Positions 37,021 through 46,598 of a stretch of DNA of 64,000 nucleotides are shown in pieces. A program made the translations under genes and the position numbers. Location: positions 832,001 to 896,000 of the forward strand of contig CAVOXA010000010.1 in the NCBI GenBank assembly GCA_963700285.1. The letters are read 5' to 3'. Source of the stretch: an uncultured Chloroflexia bacterium. Lineage in GTDB: Bacteria; Chloroflexota; Anaerolineae; JAAYZQ01. How positions within the stretch are numbered: the stretch's first letter is position 1; every line of letters starts with the position of its first letter. Below the pieces are notes generated by a model, which was not told the DNA's origin, made no database searches, and saw nothing but the letters and a program-made list of their open reading frames with translations.

Positions 37021-38075
37021 GACTGAATAGAGACTGCCTGACCACTCCCGGCTGATTCGTAGGCGGCATCGAGTACCTGCAAAACACGGACGGCATCTGC
37101 GGCCGTATAGATGGGATCTCGAGCCTTCTCGTTGATGCAACGTGCAAAATCACGGAGCAGCAGCTCCCCGGTGCCGCTACCATAGGTGCCGACCGGAGGT
37201 CTGGGGAAATCAAATACTCTGGTAGGAGCAGCGATCCAGTCAGGGTGCTCGCTGTGAACGGTAAAGCGCCGGCCAGACATGGCATCCCAATGGACCCATC
37301 CCTGGGAACCGCGAAGGCCCAGGAATGTCTGCCCCCCGCTGGGCAGCAGATAGCCCACGTGCAGGCTGCCCAGCATGCCATTGCCGAACTTGAGCAGGCA
37401 GGCGGCCGTGTCCTCTACGTCGATCTCGTCCGTTGTCTGCTGCGCCGTCATGGCCATGACTGAGGTTATGGGCTGCCGGGTGACATGCAGCATCAGATCC
37501 AGAAAATGGCATCCCAACCACTGGAGCATGCCTCCGCGGCTCACCGTGTCGCGAAACAGGTAGGATGCGGGATCCCGATGGGCGGGTTCGCCCTCGCGGC
37601 GCCCCACCTTGGAGGTAATCCACTGCATCTCGATGGACCATAGCTGTCCCAGGATGCCATCATCGACCAGTGAGCAGATCTTCTGGATGATGGGATCGAG
37701 GCGCCAGCAGTACCCGGCGTAGAACACCGTGTCCGATTCCAGGGCGCCGGCCACCTCCTCCATCGCCTGCGCCGTCCGGGCCACCGGTTTCTCGGCCATG
37801 ACGTGTATTCCAGCCTTGGCCAGGGTCAGCAGGGCGCCTTCCGCCTCCTGAAGGGGAAGCATGACCAGCGCTGCCTGGATCTGATGGCCGGCCAGCAACT
37901 CGCCAAGATCGCCATAGACGGGGAGCTGGTCAAAAGGAGGGAGCAGGAGCTCCTGTGCCCTTGAGGGACAGGGATCATAGTGTGCGACCGGGGCAAGTTC
38001 GGGTACGGCAAGCAAGGTACTGTACCAGTCCATCGCGTGGGGATGATCTATACCGACCAGGGCTATGGGAATCAT
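37017..38075 (-). CDS. Gfo/Idh/MocA-family oxidoreductase
   Basis: HVMAEKP, GGMLQWLGCHFLD, DVEDTA. Confidence 0.88.
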   Translation of the reverse strand: MIPIALVGIDHPHAMDWYSTLLAVPELAPVAHYDPCPSRAQELLLPPFDQLPVYGDLGELLAGHQIQAALVMLPLQEAEGALLTLAKAGIHVMAEKPVARTAQAMEEVAGALESDTVFYAGYCWRLDPIIQKICSLVDDGILGQLWSIEMQWITSKVGRREGEPAHRDPASYLFRDTVSRGGMLQWLGCHFLDLMLHVTRQPITSVMAMTAQQTTDEIDVEDTAACLLKFGNGMLGSLHVGYLLPSGGQTFLGLRGSQGWVHWDAMSGRRFTVHSEHPDWIAAPTRVFDFPRPPVGTYGSGTGELLLRDFARCINEKARDPIYTAADAVRVLQVLDAAYESAGSGQAVSIQS

Positions 38076-38186
38076 TGTCACGTGGTATCTCCTTTTCGTG
38101 ATGTGCGTCAACTTCCGGTACAACGCGCTTGATCCTGTACGAGATCGCGGGTCGCCACCGGGATCTGCCTATTGAGCAGTGGCCGG

Positions 38187-39230
38187 CTAGGTAGCCAAGG
38201 GCGCCTTACTGCTCGCCGTATGATCTTGCACCGCTGGTGGTGGGGCTGTGGATTCCCCAACCACGAGCATCGGTGCCAGGCGCATCAGGACGTGGGATGG
38301 CGGCGCTTCGCCCCTGATACGCCGCAGCAGGAGGTTGGCAGCCTCCCGCCCGAGTTCATAGACAGGTTGCTGGATAACCGTCAGCGATGGCCTAAAGAGG
38401 GAAAAGCAGGGCATGTCGCCAAAGCTGGCTACAGAGAGATCGTTGGGGACCTGGATCCCCTTGGCCTGGATCGCTCTCAGTGCACCGAGAGCCATGTCGT
38501 TGTTGGTGACAAAGAGCGCGGTCGGACGGGTTTCGGGTTTCAAGATCTCCAGTGCTTTTTGATATCCGCCCTCCTCTGTCAGACCACCGTAGTGAACCAG
38601 ATCGGGATCGAAGGGAATGCCGGCATCCTCCAGCGCCCGCTTGTAGCCCTGAAAACGTTCCTGACTTACGATAGAGTCCCAGAGTCCTACGATCAATCCA
38701 ATGCGCCGGTGCCCCAGCTCGATGATGTGCTCAGTCACCATGCGGCTGCCTGATTCACAATCCAACAGAACCGTGTCGACAGGACACTCTGGTATGGGAC
38801 GCGCAACACATACAAGGGGGATATCCCGCGTCTGCAGGGGCTCGCACAGGTCCATGGATGCCGGGACGAGGATCACGCCGGCTACCCGTTGGGCCAGCAT
38901 GATCTCGGCATAGATCTGCTCTTTCTCAGGATCTTCGTCGGAATTGCACAGCAACAGACCGTAGCGATTCTCATGGGCGGCATCCTCGATGGCCCGGGCC
39001 AACGACGTGAAGAAGGGGTTCCCAATATCGGGCAGAATCAAGCCGATGACCTGCGCGGTCTGTGACCTCATGCCCTGGGCCAGGGCACTGGGCTGGTAGT
39101 CCAGATCCTGCATCGCCTGCTCGACGCGGGTTTGGAGGTGGGGCTTGACCTTGGGGTTGTTGTTGAGCACGCGTGAGACTGTGGCGACCGATACGCCTGC
39201 CTGCCGGGCAACGTCTCGGATTGTGGCCAT
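38187..39230 (-). CDS. LacI-family transcriptional regulator
   Basis: ATIRDVARQAGVSVATVSRVLN HTH, YQPSALAQGM hinge, periplasmic-binding-protein-like core. Confidence 0.96.
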   Translation of the reverse strand: MATIRDVARQAGVSVATVSRVLNNNPKVKPHLQTRVEQAMQDLDYQPSALAQGMRSQTAQVIGLILPDIGNPFFTSLARAIEDAAHENRYGLLLCNSDEDPEKEQIYAEIMLAQRVAGVILVPASMDLCEPLQTRDIPLVCVARPIPECPVDTVLLDCESGSRMVTEHIIELGHRRIGLIVGLWDSIVSQERFQGYKRALEDAGIPFDPDLVHYGGLTEEGGYQKALEILKPETRPTALFVTNNDMALGALRAIQAKGIQVPNDLSVASFGDMPCFSLFRPSLTVIQQPVYELGREAANLLLRRIRGEAPPSHVLMRLAPMLVVGESTAPPPAVQDHTASSKAPLAT

Positions 39231-39545
39231 CTTGCCCTCCTAGCTTGTATACAATTCCAGGATCAAGAATCGTATCCCGAGCGGATTGCGGTTTCTCGAG
39301 ACAGAATGACGGCCTTGACTCAGAGCGCCGGACTTTGGTCCGGCCAGAGCCAGACTGTGTGAAAATTCACTCACCAGCTCCAGGCGAACCACAGTCCGCC
39401 GATCCATGCGCGCAGGTACTGGACTGTGTCCCCAAAGTGCGGGGATCGGGTCCAGCACGAGCGTTTTCGCACGATCTCGAGCGGGACGAGACACGGGCTG
39501 CGCCGCCCTGCGAGCGAACAGCCCCTTGCCCTTCACCCTACGCAG

Positions 39546-40670
39546 TTATAGCTTCTCGGTATCCTTTCGTTGGCCATACTTTTCTACGACCGCCGTGACC
39601 CAGCGCACCCGGTCCAGGTTGCCATCGGTGGGAACGTTGTCGCCGGTGCCCAGGACCAGGTGCCCGTTGATCTGGGCGCAGTCCAGGATGTCCAGGACCT
39701 GGGTCTCATACTCCTCTCGTGATGATTCGGAACGAAAGTAAGTCGAGGCAATGCCGCCCCAGATGGCCATCTTCTGGCCCCAGATCTCTTGGGCCTCCCT
39801 GACAGTTAGGTGCGTCATCGGCGGCGAGGTGAATGCCTCGCCAACGTCAAAGCCCGACTCGAGGATCAGTTCCAGAAGTTGGCGGTTGTCGCCGTCCACG
39901 TGGGTGGATACAATTTTGCCCTCCGCGTGCAACCTGGATACTGCCTTTTCAAAGTAGGGCAGAAAGAACCTGCGATAGATCGGCGGCGGGGTGATGGCCA
40001 TGTCATAGTTGCCATCGAGGGAGGCGATGGCGGCTGCCGATTCGGCTACGACGCTCACCGTCTGGTCCCGGACCCGCTCCAGGGCGTCCAGCAATTGCTG
40101 CAGCAGGTCCGGGTGATCGTGCAACTCGTAGTAGAACTGTTCGTGGCCAACGTATTCGATCATGGCTGAGGATGCCGGACAGTGTCCGGTATGGACCAGA
40201 GCGCAGCCATCGTTGCCGATGAGGTCGAGTTCGGCCTGGAGCTTTTCGTGCTGGGGAATGATCTCGGTGTGCTCCAGCATAAAGAGAACTGGCCCATAGT
40301 CTTGGGGGCCGGAGATCAGGTACTTGGTTCTCAGTCCGCGAACAGCTTGAGCTTCCAGCTCGGCAGTGCGCTTCCAGACCATCGAAGCTGTACCGACCGG
40401 AGTGACGTATTCGACCAGCGTTTCGTGGCCCTTTTGGATCTCCCGCACCTCGACATCGTGCAATACCTGGCGCCAGGCGTCCCGAAAATGGGATTTGATG
40501 CCTATGCCCAGGTCGCGGGTAACGTCATAGATGTGCCAGCCACGGTACTTCTCTGGCAGCCGTCCGTCGCGCTGGGCAGCGTTGAACCACAGCTCCCAGC
40601 GCGGCGCCCAGGGGATGTGGTCCACAGGCTGCCCGCGGATCGTGGATAGGATGCGTTCCCTGTAGTTCAT
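39546..40670 (-). CDS. Uroporphyrinogen decarboxylase/MtaA-CmuA superfamily protein
   Basis: RERILSTIRG..DHIP, TPVG, PPIYRRFFLPY, HVDG, IWGGI; start ATG 40670. Confidence 0.82.
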   Translation of the reverse strand: MNYRERILSTIRGQPVDHIPWAPRWELWFNAAQRDGRLPEKYRGWHIYDVTRDLGIGIKSHFRDAWRQVLHDVEVREIQKGHETLVEYVTPVGTASMVWKRTAELEAQAVRGLRTKYLISGPQDYGPVLFMLEHTEIIPQHEKLQAELDLIGNDGCALVHTGHCPASSAMIEYVGHEQFYYELHDHPDLLQQLLDALERVRDQTVSVVAESAAAIASLDGNYDMAITPPPIYRRFFLPYFEKAVSRLHAEGKIVSTHVDGDNRQLLELILESGFDVGEAFTSPPMTHLTVREAQEIWGQKMAIWGGIASTYFRSESSREEYETQVLDILDCAQINGHLVLGTGDNVPTDGNLDRVRWVTAVVEKYGQRKDTEKL

Positions 40671-40781
40671 TGCGTCTGCCTCTCCTCCGGCAGCTCTCAG
40701 CGGGCCCAAGTTCCCGCGCAGCCGGGAGTTACCAGCAGGTGAGTGCCTATGGCCCAGAAAAGAATGGGGCTCCCGGGCACA

Positions 40782-41552
40782 TCATGCCAGTTGGCGGCGA
40801 TACTCGGCTTCGACGGCCTGCACCTGGGTGCGCATGTGGCTGAGCGCCGACCCAATCGAGAACATCCGCATGCCCATATCATAGTAGAAACGCACTTGCT
40901 GGGCGCTACATACAAGCCCTACCGCCAGATCGTTGTTCCGGGCCGCCTGGCATACGCGGCGGAACAGCTCGTGGCTTTGGTCGCTGGCTACGTCGCCCGG
41001 TATGCCCAGGGTCAGCGATAGGTCCAGCGGGCCGATAAAAAGGACGTCCACGCCCGGAACGGATGCTATCGCGTCTACATTGTTCACCGCTTCCACGGTC
41101 TCGATCTGCAACACCACCATGGTCTCCCGGTTCGAGATCTCGAGCCTCTCAGCGGGGGGCAGGGTAGAAAAATCGAACTGCGACGGGCTGCCCATGCCCC
41201 GGATACCCAGTGGTGGATGCTTGACCCACTGCACCGCCATCTCGGCTTGCTCCCGGTGTTCCACACGGGGGATCATGACGGAAAGCAGGCCGGTGTCCAG
41301 CGAGCGTGCCACCCAGTGATAGTCCAGGTTAGGGATGCGGGCCACGCCGTCGATCCCCAGCAGGTTTGAAACCTGGGCCACGTCCAGCAATCCGCTGATA
41401 TCTGCGGAGCCATGCTCCAGGTCCAGGAACAACCACTCTACGCCGCAGACGGCCAACGTCCGGAGCGTGGGCAGGTCAACAGGAAAGGTCGCTCCCACGC
41501 CAAATACAGGTTCGTCGTTTTTCAATGCTTGCTTGAGCTTGTTATGTAGCAC
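40782..41552 (-). CDS. HpcH/HpaI-family class II pyruvate aldolase
   Basis: LDLEHG, PPLGIRG, LQIET, FIGPLDLS. Confidence 0.92.
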   Translation of the reverse strand: MLHNKLKQALKNDEPVFGVGATFPVDLPTLRTLAVCGVEWLFLDLEHGSADISGLLDVAQVSNLLGIDGVARIPNLDYHWVARSLDTGLLSVMIPRVEHREQAEMAVQWVKHPPLGIRGMGSPSQFDFSTLPPAERLEISNRETMVVLQIETVEAVNNVDAIASVPGVDVLFIGPLDLSLTLGIPGDVASDQSHELFRRVCQAARNNDLAVGLVCSAQQVRFYYDMGMRMFSIGSALSHMRTQVQAVEAEYRRQLA

Positions 41553-41591
41553 CGTACACTCCTTTGTGTTGAAATGAAGATCTTTAAGAAT

Positions 41592-42425
41592 CTAACGGTT
41601 CGACTCGTCCCCACTGATCTGGAAGTCTTTCCCTGGAACCATCGCCCCTACCTTGGACCCCCCTGCCGGGACGACTTGCCTGAACTCTTCCAGGAACTCG
41701 ACCAGACGCTCGATGGCCGCAGAAAGGATGTGCTGGCCCTTTTCGGCTGTGGCCAGGGTGGGGTCGCCGATGACGCCAGAACGGGTCAGCATTTGGAATG
41801 GAGCTTTGAGGCTCACGGGAGACTGGTGCATGTCATACCAGACAAAGCGGCTGCCTTTGAAAGGATAATCGATCTCTTTGACCGCCCGGGACATGTCCAC
41901 ATGCTCCGGGTCCAGGGCGAGCTGGGCTGAGGTCTCCATCTCGCAGGCGTGGGACATACCACCGGGCAGTTCTGACTCGCGGATCTTGTCCAGGACATCA
42001 GCGCAGAGGGACCACCAGTTGGCGGTAGCACAATAGGCATCGGTCTGCTCGATGATGACCATACCCGCCGTGCCCACCATGTTTGAGTTGTAACCATGCC
42101 CATTCAGGATCAGGATCCGCTTGAAACCCGAGCGGGCCAGGCTGCGGCCGATCTCTACCAGGTATCGGGTAAAGGTCTCGGCGCTGACGGATACGGTGCC
42201 GGCAAAAGCCAGGTCCTTTTCATTGTAGCCATAGTTGACAGGAGGCAGCACGACGTCGCCAGTTTGCCCGGCGGCCTCGGCGGCGATGTAGGCAGGGATG
42301 GCAACATCGGTGTCTACGGGCAGGTGGTGGCCATGCTGTTCTACGGTGCCGACGGGCAAGATCGCGATGGCGCCGCGCTCAATGGCTTTTGCCACTTCCT
42401 GTTGTTTCATTTTGGCCAGCAGCAT
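41592..42425 (-). CDS. Creatininase/MftE-family amidohydrolase
   Basis: EQHGHHLPVDTD, NGHGYN, HACEMETS, GVIGDP. Confidence 0.92.
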   Translation of the reverse strand: MLLAKMKQQEVAKAIERGAIAILPVGTVEQHGHHLPVDTDVAIPAYIAAEAAGQTGDVVLPPVNYGYNEKDLAFAGTVSVSAETFTRYLVEIGRSLARSGFKRILILNGHGYNSNMVGTAGMVIIEQTDAYCATANWWSLCADVLDKIRESELPGGMSHACEMETSAQLALDPEHVDMSRAVKEIDYPFKGSRFVWYDMHQSPVSLKAPFQMLTRSGVIGDPTLATAEKGQHILSAAIERLVEFLEEFRQVVPAGGSKVGAMVPGKDFQISGDESNR

Positions 42426-42448
42426 CGCGTGTAACCCTCTCTCTCGTG

Positions 42449-43345
42449 CTAAAGGATACCCAGTTCGGAAAGCCGCACGCGGATCCTTTCTCGCTCTTCA
42501 GGCGTGCTGTCGCGGAGGGGTGGGCGGCTGCGCCCGAAAGTTGTGCCCCTCATGAGTTCGAGAGCCGTCTTGAAGGACATGGCATGGGGCGCCCCCTGGC
42601 AGGCATCTCTGAGCGTGATGGCACGGTCCTGGAGCTTGCGGGCAAGGTTCCAATCCCCGTTCCAGCACGCCTCGCAGAGCTCCACGAGGAGGCCGGGAAA
42701 GACGTTTGCCAGCGAGGCGACGACGCCGTGGCCCCCAACAGCCAGAACCGGTACGGTCAGCTCGTAGCTGCCGGTGAGCACGACGAACTCGGGTGGGGTA
42801 GCTGCCAAGAATTCCTGGACGCGGGCAACCGTCGCACTGGAATCCTTGATCCCGTGCAAGTGGTCATATTCCCGGGACAGGCGCGCGGCCAAACCAGGGG
42901 AGATGGTGTTGCTGGCGCAAGCCGGTATGTTGTAGAGATAGGTTGGAAAGCCCGGTACCGCTTCCAGCACCGTCCGGTAGTGGATCTCCAGGGCAAGCTC
43001 ATCCAGGCGGAAAAAGAAGGGACTGACGACTGCAGCAGCAGCGGCGCCTGCAGCCTGGGCATAGCGGGTGAGTTCGACGGCGTCCCGCGTAGTCAAGGCA
43101 CCGGTGTGCATGATGACGGGGACCCTGCCCCCGGCTTCCTCCACGCAAATGTCTGTGACCCGCTTTCGCTCGTCGACGGAAAGGAGGATGCCCTCGCCCA
43201 AAGTGCCCAGCGGAAAGAGTCCGTGCACGCCGTTGTCTATCAGGAAGCCAAGTTGGGCCCGAAACTGCTCTTCGGCGACACGGCCATCGGGTCCAAAAGG
43301 AGTCAATACTGGGACGACGATGCCTTTCAAGCGCTCAAGGTTCAT
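42449..43345 (-). CDS. DHDPS/NAL-family class I aldolase or dehydratase
   Basis: TPF, GTLGEG, YLYNIP, GIKDSS; start ATG 43345. Confidence 0.92.
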   Translation of the reverse strand: MNLERLKGIVVPVLTPFGPDGRVAEEQFRAQLGFLIDNGVHGLFPLGTLGEGILLSVDERKRVTDICVEEAGGRVPVIMHTGALTTRDAVELTRYAQAAGAAAAAVVSPFFFRLDELALEIHYRTVLEAVPGFPTYLYNIPACASNTISPGLAARLSREYDHLHGIKDSSATVARVQEFLAATPPEFVVLTGSYELTVPVLAVGGHGVVASLANVFPGLLVELCEACWNGDWNLARKLQDRAITLRDACQGAPHAMSFKTALELMRGTTFGRSRPPLRDSTPEERERIRVRLSELGIL

Positions 43346-43419
43346 GGGAATCCCCCAAGGAAACCAGCTTTCAATACCTTCAGAAGCGATACCACGCATG
43401 GTGCCAGCCCTTGGTACGT

Positions 43420-43448
43420 ATTGTAACCGTTTTCACGGGAACTGTCAA
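43420..43448 (-). promoter_or_regulatory. Promoter with overlapping LacI-type operator (DHDPS-creatininase-HpcH-UroD operon)
   Basis: Minus strand TTGACA-N17-TACAAT; operator TGTAACCGTTTTCA at 43422-43435 overlaps the -10. Confidence 0.8.
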
Positions 43449-43594
43449 GATTTTTGGTTGCCGCTGATGCCTCTGATTGCCAAACGATAGAACTCACCTG
43501 CCTCCGATTTGGCTTTTGACGAGGGGTAACCAGAACCCAGGCTGGTACTAGGTGTGCGCTGATCCACGCCGCAACTGACTGCTTGCGGCGTGGG

Positions 43595-44557
43595 TCAGGC
43601 GGATGCTTTCTCAGCAACTGTGCCCACCAGGGCAAGATAATCTACATCTCTGCCACCTATCTTTATCACACAAGTTCCATTACAGTCATCAGCCTCAAAG
43701 CTGATCTCAAACGGCCATCCTTCGGCCAAGAACTTGTTCGGGGCGCGTCGAATCAGGCGGGTCCATACTTTCAAAAAGATGTTGATACAAAGCTCTCCAG
43801 CCTCAAAACGCACGGCGAAATCCTGGCCGCTACGTCTATCTCTATAAAGCCCAACCAAACGACTTGCTTCAGTTGGTGAGATCGTCCCTTCCGGGATCCG
43901 TGGAATCGACAGATAGTCTAGTACCTGAAGGTTGTAGGTTTCCCAGTCGCCCGCGGGGTTGTCAATCTTGAGCTTTCGGTTGGGAAACCTCTCGAACAGT
44001 TCGTCTGTCAAGGCCACAAACTCTTGCCAGTAGAGCAACATGCCAGCATAACCTTCCCAGCCCCTGTCCTTTGCAAGGGGCGTGGAGATGGCTAATTCGA
44101 TGACAAAGTTACTGAAGCCAGGTCCTCTACGTTCAAAGTTCCGCACCAGCGCCTGCTCCACATCCTCCTGTACCAGATAGACCAAGGTCGGGTTGAGCGG
44201 CTCGCTAAAGGCCTGCAATTCAGCAGCAAATTGCAGAATCTGTGATCTTTCAACATTGTGAGCCAGCAGCATCTCGAGGAGATTGTTGAAGAAACACGCC
44301 TCTACGACACAGACCCTGGCGGTTGACTCAACCTGGTCAACGAAAGCTACCCAATTGACCCGTATCTTGGCCATATAGCTTTCAATGCCGCTATCCATAT
44401 CTACGAGGATTGGGTGAGATATTTCGCCCTCGTGAAGCCAACTGGCAGCGATACCATTATAGTTGAGTTGCCGGGCGAGAAAGTGAGCCATGGTGGATTT
44501 GCCGGAGCCGGTCAGCCCCTCAACAATGATGAGTTTACTCCCTACAGATTCGTTCAT
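43595..44557 (-). CDS. P-loop protein (thymidylate-kinase-like N-terminus)
   Basis: LIIVEGLTGSGKST Walker A. Confidence 0.75.
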   Translation of the reverse strand: MNESVGSKLIIVEGLTGSGKSTMAHFLARQLNYNGIAASWLHEGEISHPILVDMDSGIESYMAKIRVNWVAFVDQVESTARVCVVEACFFNNLLEMLLAHNVERSQILQFAAELQAFSEPLNPTLVYLVQEDVEQALVRNFERRGPGFSNFVIELAISTPLAKDRGWEGYAGMLLYWQEFVALTDELFERFPNRKLKIDNPAGDWETYNLQVLDYLSIPRIPEGTISPTEASRLVGLYRDRRSGQDFAVRFEAGELCINIFLKVWTRLIRRAPNKFLAEGWPFEISFEADDCNGTCVIKIGGRDVDYLALVGTVAEKASA

Positions 44558-44635
44558 CTTTGGTATTCGCCCAGTTCAACCTCTGCCCTATCCTCAGCCA
44601 GCATCTGCCTGGCGGCTGGCATAACCTTCTGCTCG

Positions 44636-45130
44636 TTATGTCTCAAGTTGCTTATACATCACAAGGGCATCCACAAATCCAAGCCGTCGATGCCGGAAAG
44701 CCTTCAGCAGGGTACCAACAATTTCAAACCCCTGTCTCTTCCAGAGCCGGACAGCACCCTCGTTTGTGGAAACAACCAGATTGTACTGCATCGCCCGAAA
44801 GCCTCGCGAAACGGCCTCACGCTGCGAATGCTTGCACATTTTGGACGCAATCCCCATGCCCCGGGCTTCTTCTGCAACGATATAGCCACAGTTGCAGACG
44901 TGAGCCCCAAGGGCAGGTTGGTTTGGTTTGATGTAGTAGGTGCCAAGAACTTTGTTGTTTCCATCCACAGCCACAAAGGTTGCAGAAGGCATCTCAACCC
45001 AAGCCTGGTGTGCCTCCTTCTCGGTGATATCCGGTGAAAAAGGGTAGGTCTCACCAGCCCGGAATACAGGTCTGATGACTTGCCACGTGACCGTCCAATC
45101 CTTCGGTTCAAATGGTCGAATCTCGATCAT
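44636..45130 (-). CDS. GNAT-family N-acetyltransferase
   Basis: HVCNCGY, ARGMGIA motif A, MQYNLVVSTN..AVRLW..GF. Confidence 0.9.
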   Translation of the reverse strand: MIEIRPFEPKDWTVTWQVIRPVFRAGETYPFSPDITEKEAHQAWVEMPSATFVAVDGNNKVLGTYYIKPNQPALGAHVCNCGYIVAEEARGMGIASKMCKHSQREAVSRGFRAMQYNLVVSTNEGAVRLWKRQGFEIVGTLLKAFRHRRLGFVDALVMYKQLET

Positions 45131-45401
45131 GTGTAGCTCCGTGAGACATTTCGGGTGCGGATTCATGTGGCGCCAAGCCGCCAGTTGGTCCAGAGTTGAA
45201 CCACGCCGTGTAGATTGTAGCCGTTATTGGAGTTTCATGCAAGTGCTTGCTGGGGGAGCCGCGCCTGTCGAGGGGCTGTCAGGTACTACTTGAGCCGGTG
45301 CACAGCTACGCCAGTGGCACGAACAGCCGCAGCACAGCCCCTCTGTTGGCAATCTTCTGTGAGGGCCAGGGTCATAATGGTCCAAAACCAAGTGGCTGCC
45401 T

Positions 45402-45430
45402 TTGACGAGAAAACGTTTTCATGGTATCCT
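45402..45430 (+). promoter_or_regulatory. Promoter with LacI-type operator in the spacer (Ldh_2-UroD-AKR operon)
   Basis: TTGACG-N17-TATCCT; perfect palindrome GAAAACGTTTTC at 45409-45420. Confidence 0.75.
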
Positions 45431-45499
45431 GGTCTCCAGCAATGGTTCTGGCCGGGCAAGTCACGGTGTAACTACCACATTCTACCCAAGCGAGGTGCT

Positions 45500-46540
45500 G
45501 TGTTGCCCGTTATCGGGGTTCCCAAGCTCCATGATCTGTCCTTCAAGTTCCTGAGGAAAGCGGGCGCTCCCCCCGCCGTTGCGGAACGCGTTGCCCAAGC
45601 GCTGGTGCAAAGCAGCCTCAAGGGGGTCGATTCCCACGGCGTAATGCGACTCCCGCAGTATCTTGAGCATGTCGAGGAAGGTCTCGTCATCCCCGATGCA
45701 CTGCCGGTGCTCGTCCGCGAAACGGCATGTACGGCGGTTGTTGATGGCCAGCGGGGCTTTGGCCACGTGGCGGCCGAGTTTTCCACGCGGATTGCGCTGG
45801 AGAAGGCACGGGTGCACGACCTGGCGGCGGTAACGCTGCATAATACGCGGCACATCGGGCGCGTCGGCGAGTATGTGGAGATGGCCACCGATGCCGGGTT
45901 CATCGGCTTTGTCTTTTGCAGCGCTCTCTCGCAAGTGGCGCCCCATGGAGGGCGGGACAGAATACTGGGTACCAACCCCGTCGCCATCGGCATCCCCTCC
46001 GATGGTGAGTTCCCCTTTGTACTGGATTTCGCCACGTCCGTGCTCTCGGAGGGCAAAGTGCGGGTGGCCAGGGACAAGGGCATTGAGCTGCAACCCGGCG
46101 CTATTCTCGATGCCCGAGGCCAGCCGTCCATCAGGCCCGAGGATCTCTACGAGGGCGGTGCCTTGCTCCCGCTGGGAACCTACAAGGGCTACGGGCTGGG
46201 CCTGGCTGTGCAGATCCTCGGCTCCTTGCTGGCCCAGGGCGGGACGGCACTGATCAACCAGCCGACGGTGGGCAATGGCGCGCTGTTTATCGTACTGAAT
46301 CCAGGGTCCTTCTGCGATGCAGCGGATCTGCGCGCGCAGACGGAGGAGTTGTGTGACGCGGTCAAAAGTTCGTCCCTTTGCGATGGTTTCGACGAGATCC
46401 TGATACCTGGTGAGCCGGAGTATCGGGCCGAGCGCCAGCGAGGACAGGATGGGATTCCGATTGCAGAGGCTACCTGGCAGCGCTGGCGAGAGGCTGGCTT
46501 CAGCATAGGCATGGAGCCGGCTGACTTTGAGATAGACTAG
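45500..46540 (+). CDS. Ldh_2-family (type 2 malate/lactate, ComC/AllD/DpkA-like) oxidoreductase
   Basis: GVDSHG, DGQRGFG, HIGR, GTNP, DFATS, YKGYGL, IPGE. Confidence 0.9.
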   Translation: MLPVIGVPKLHDLSFKFLRKAGAPPAVAERVAQALVQSSLKGVDSHGVMRLPQYLEHVEEGLVIPDALPVLVRETACTAVVDGQRGFGHVAAEFSTRIALEKARVHDLAAVTLHNTRHIGRVGEYVEMATDAGFIGFVFCSALSQVAPHGGRDRILGTNPVAIGIPSDGEFPFVLDFATSVLSEGKVRVARDKGIELQPGAILDARGQPSIRPEDLYEGGALLPLGTYKGYGLGLAVQILGSLLAQGGTALINQPTVGNGALFIVLNPGSFCDAADLRAQTEELCDAVKSSSLCDGFDEILIPGEPEYRAERQRGQDGIPIAEATWQRWREAGFSIGMEPADFEID

Positions 46541-46598
46541 CAGCGTGGGAATCTGATGATCCCAGATTCTGCCGGCTGAGGGGAAAGGGCGCCAGGAC

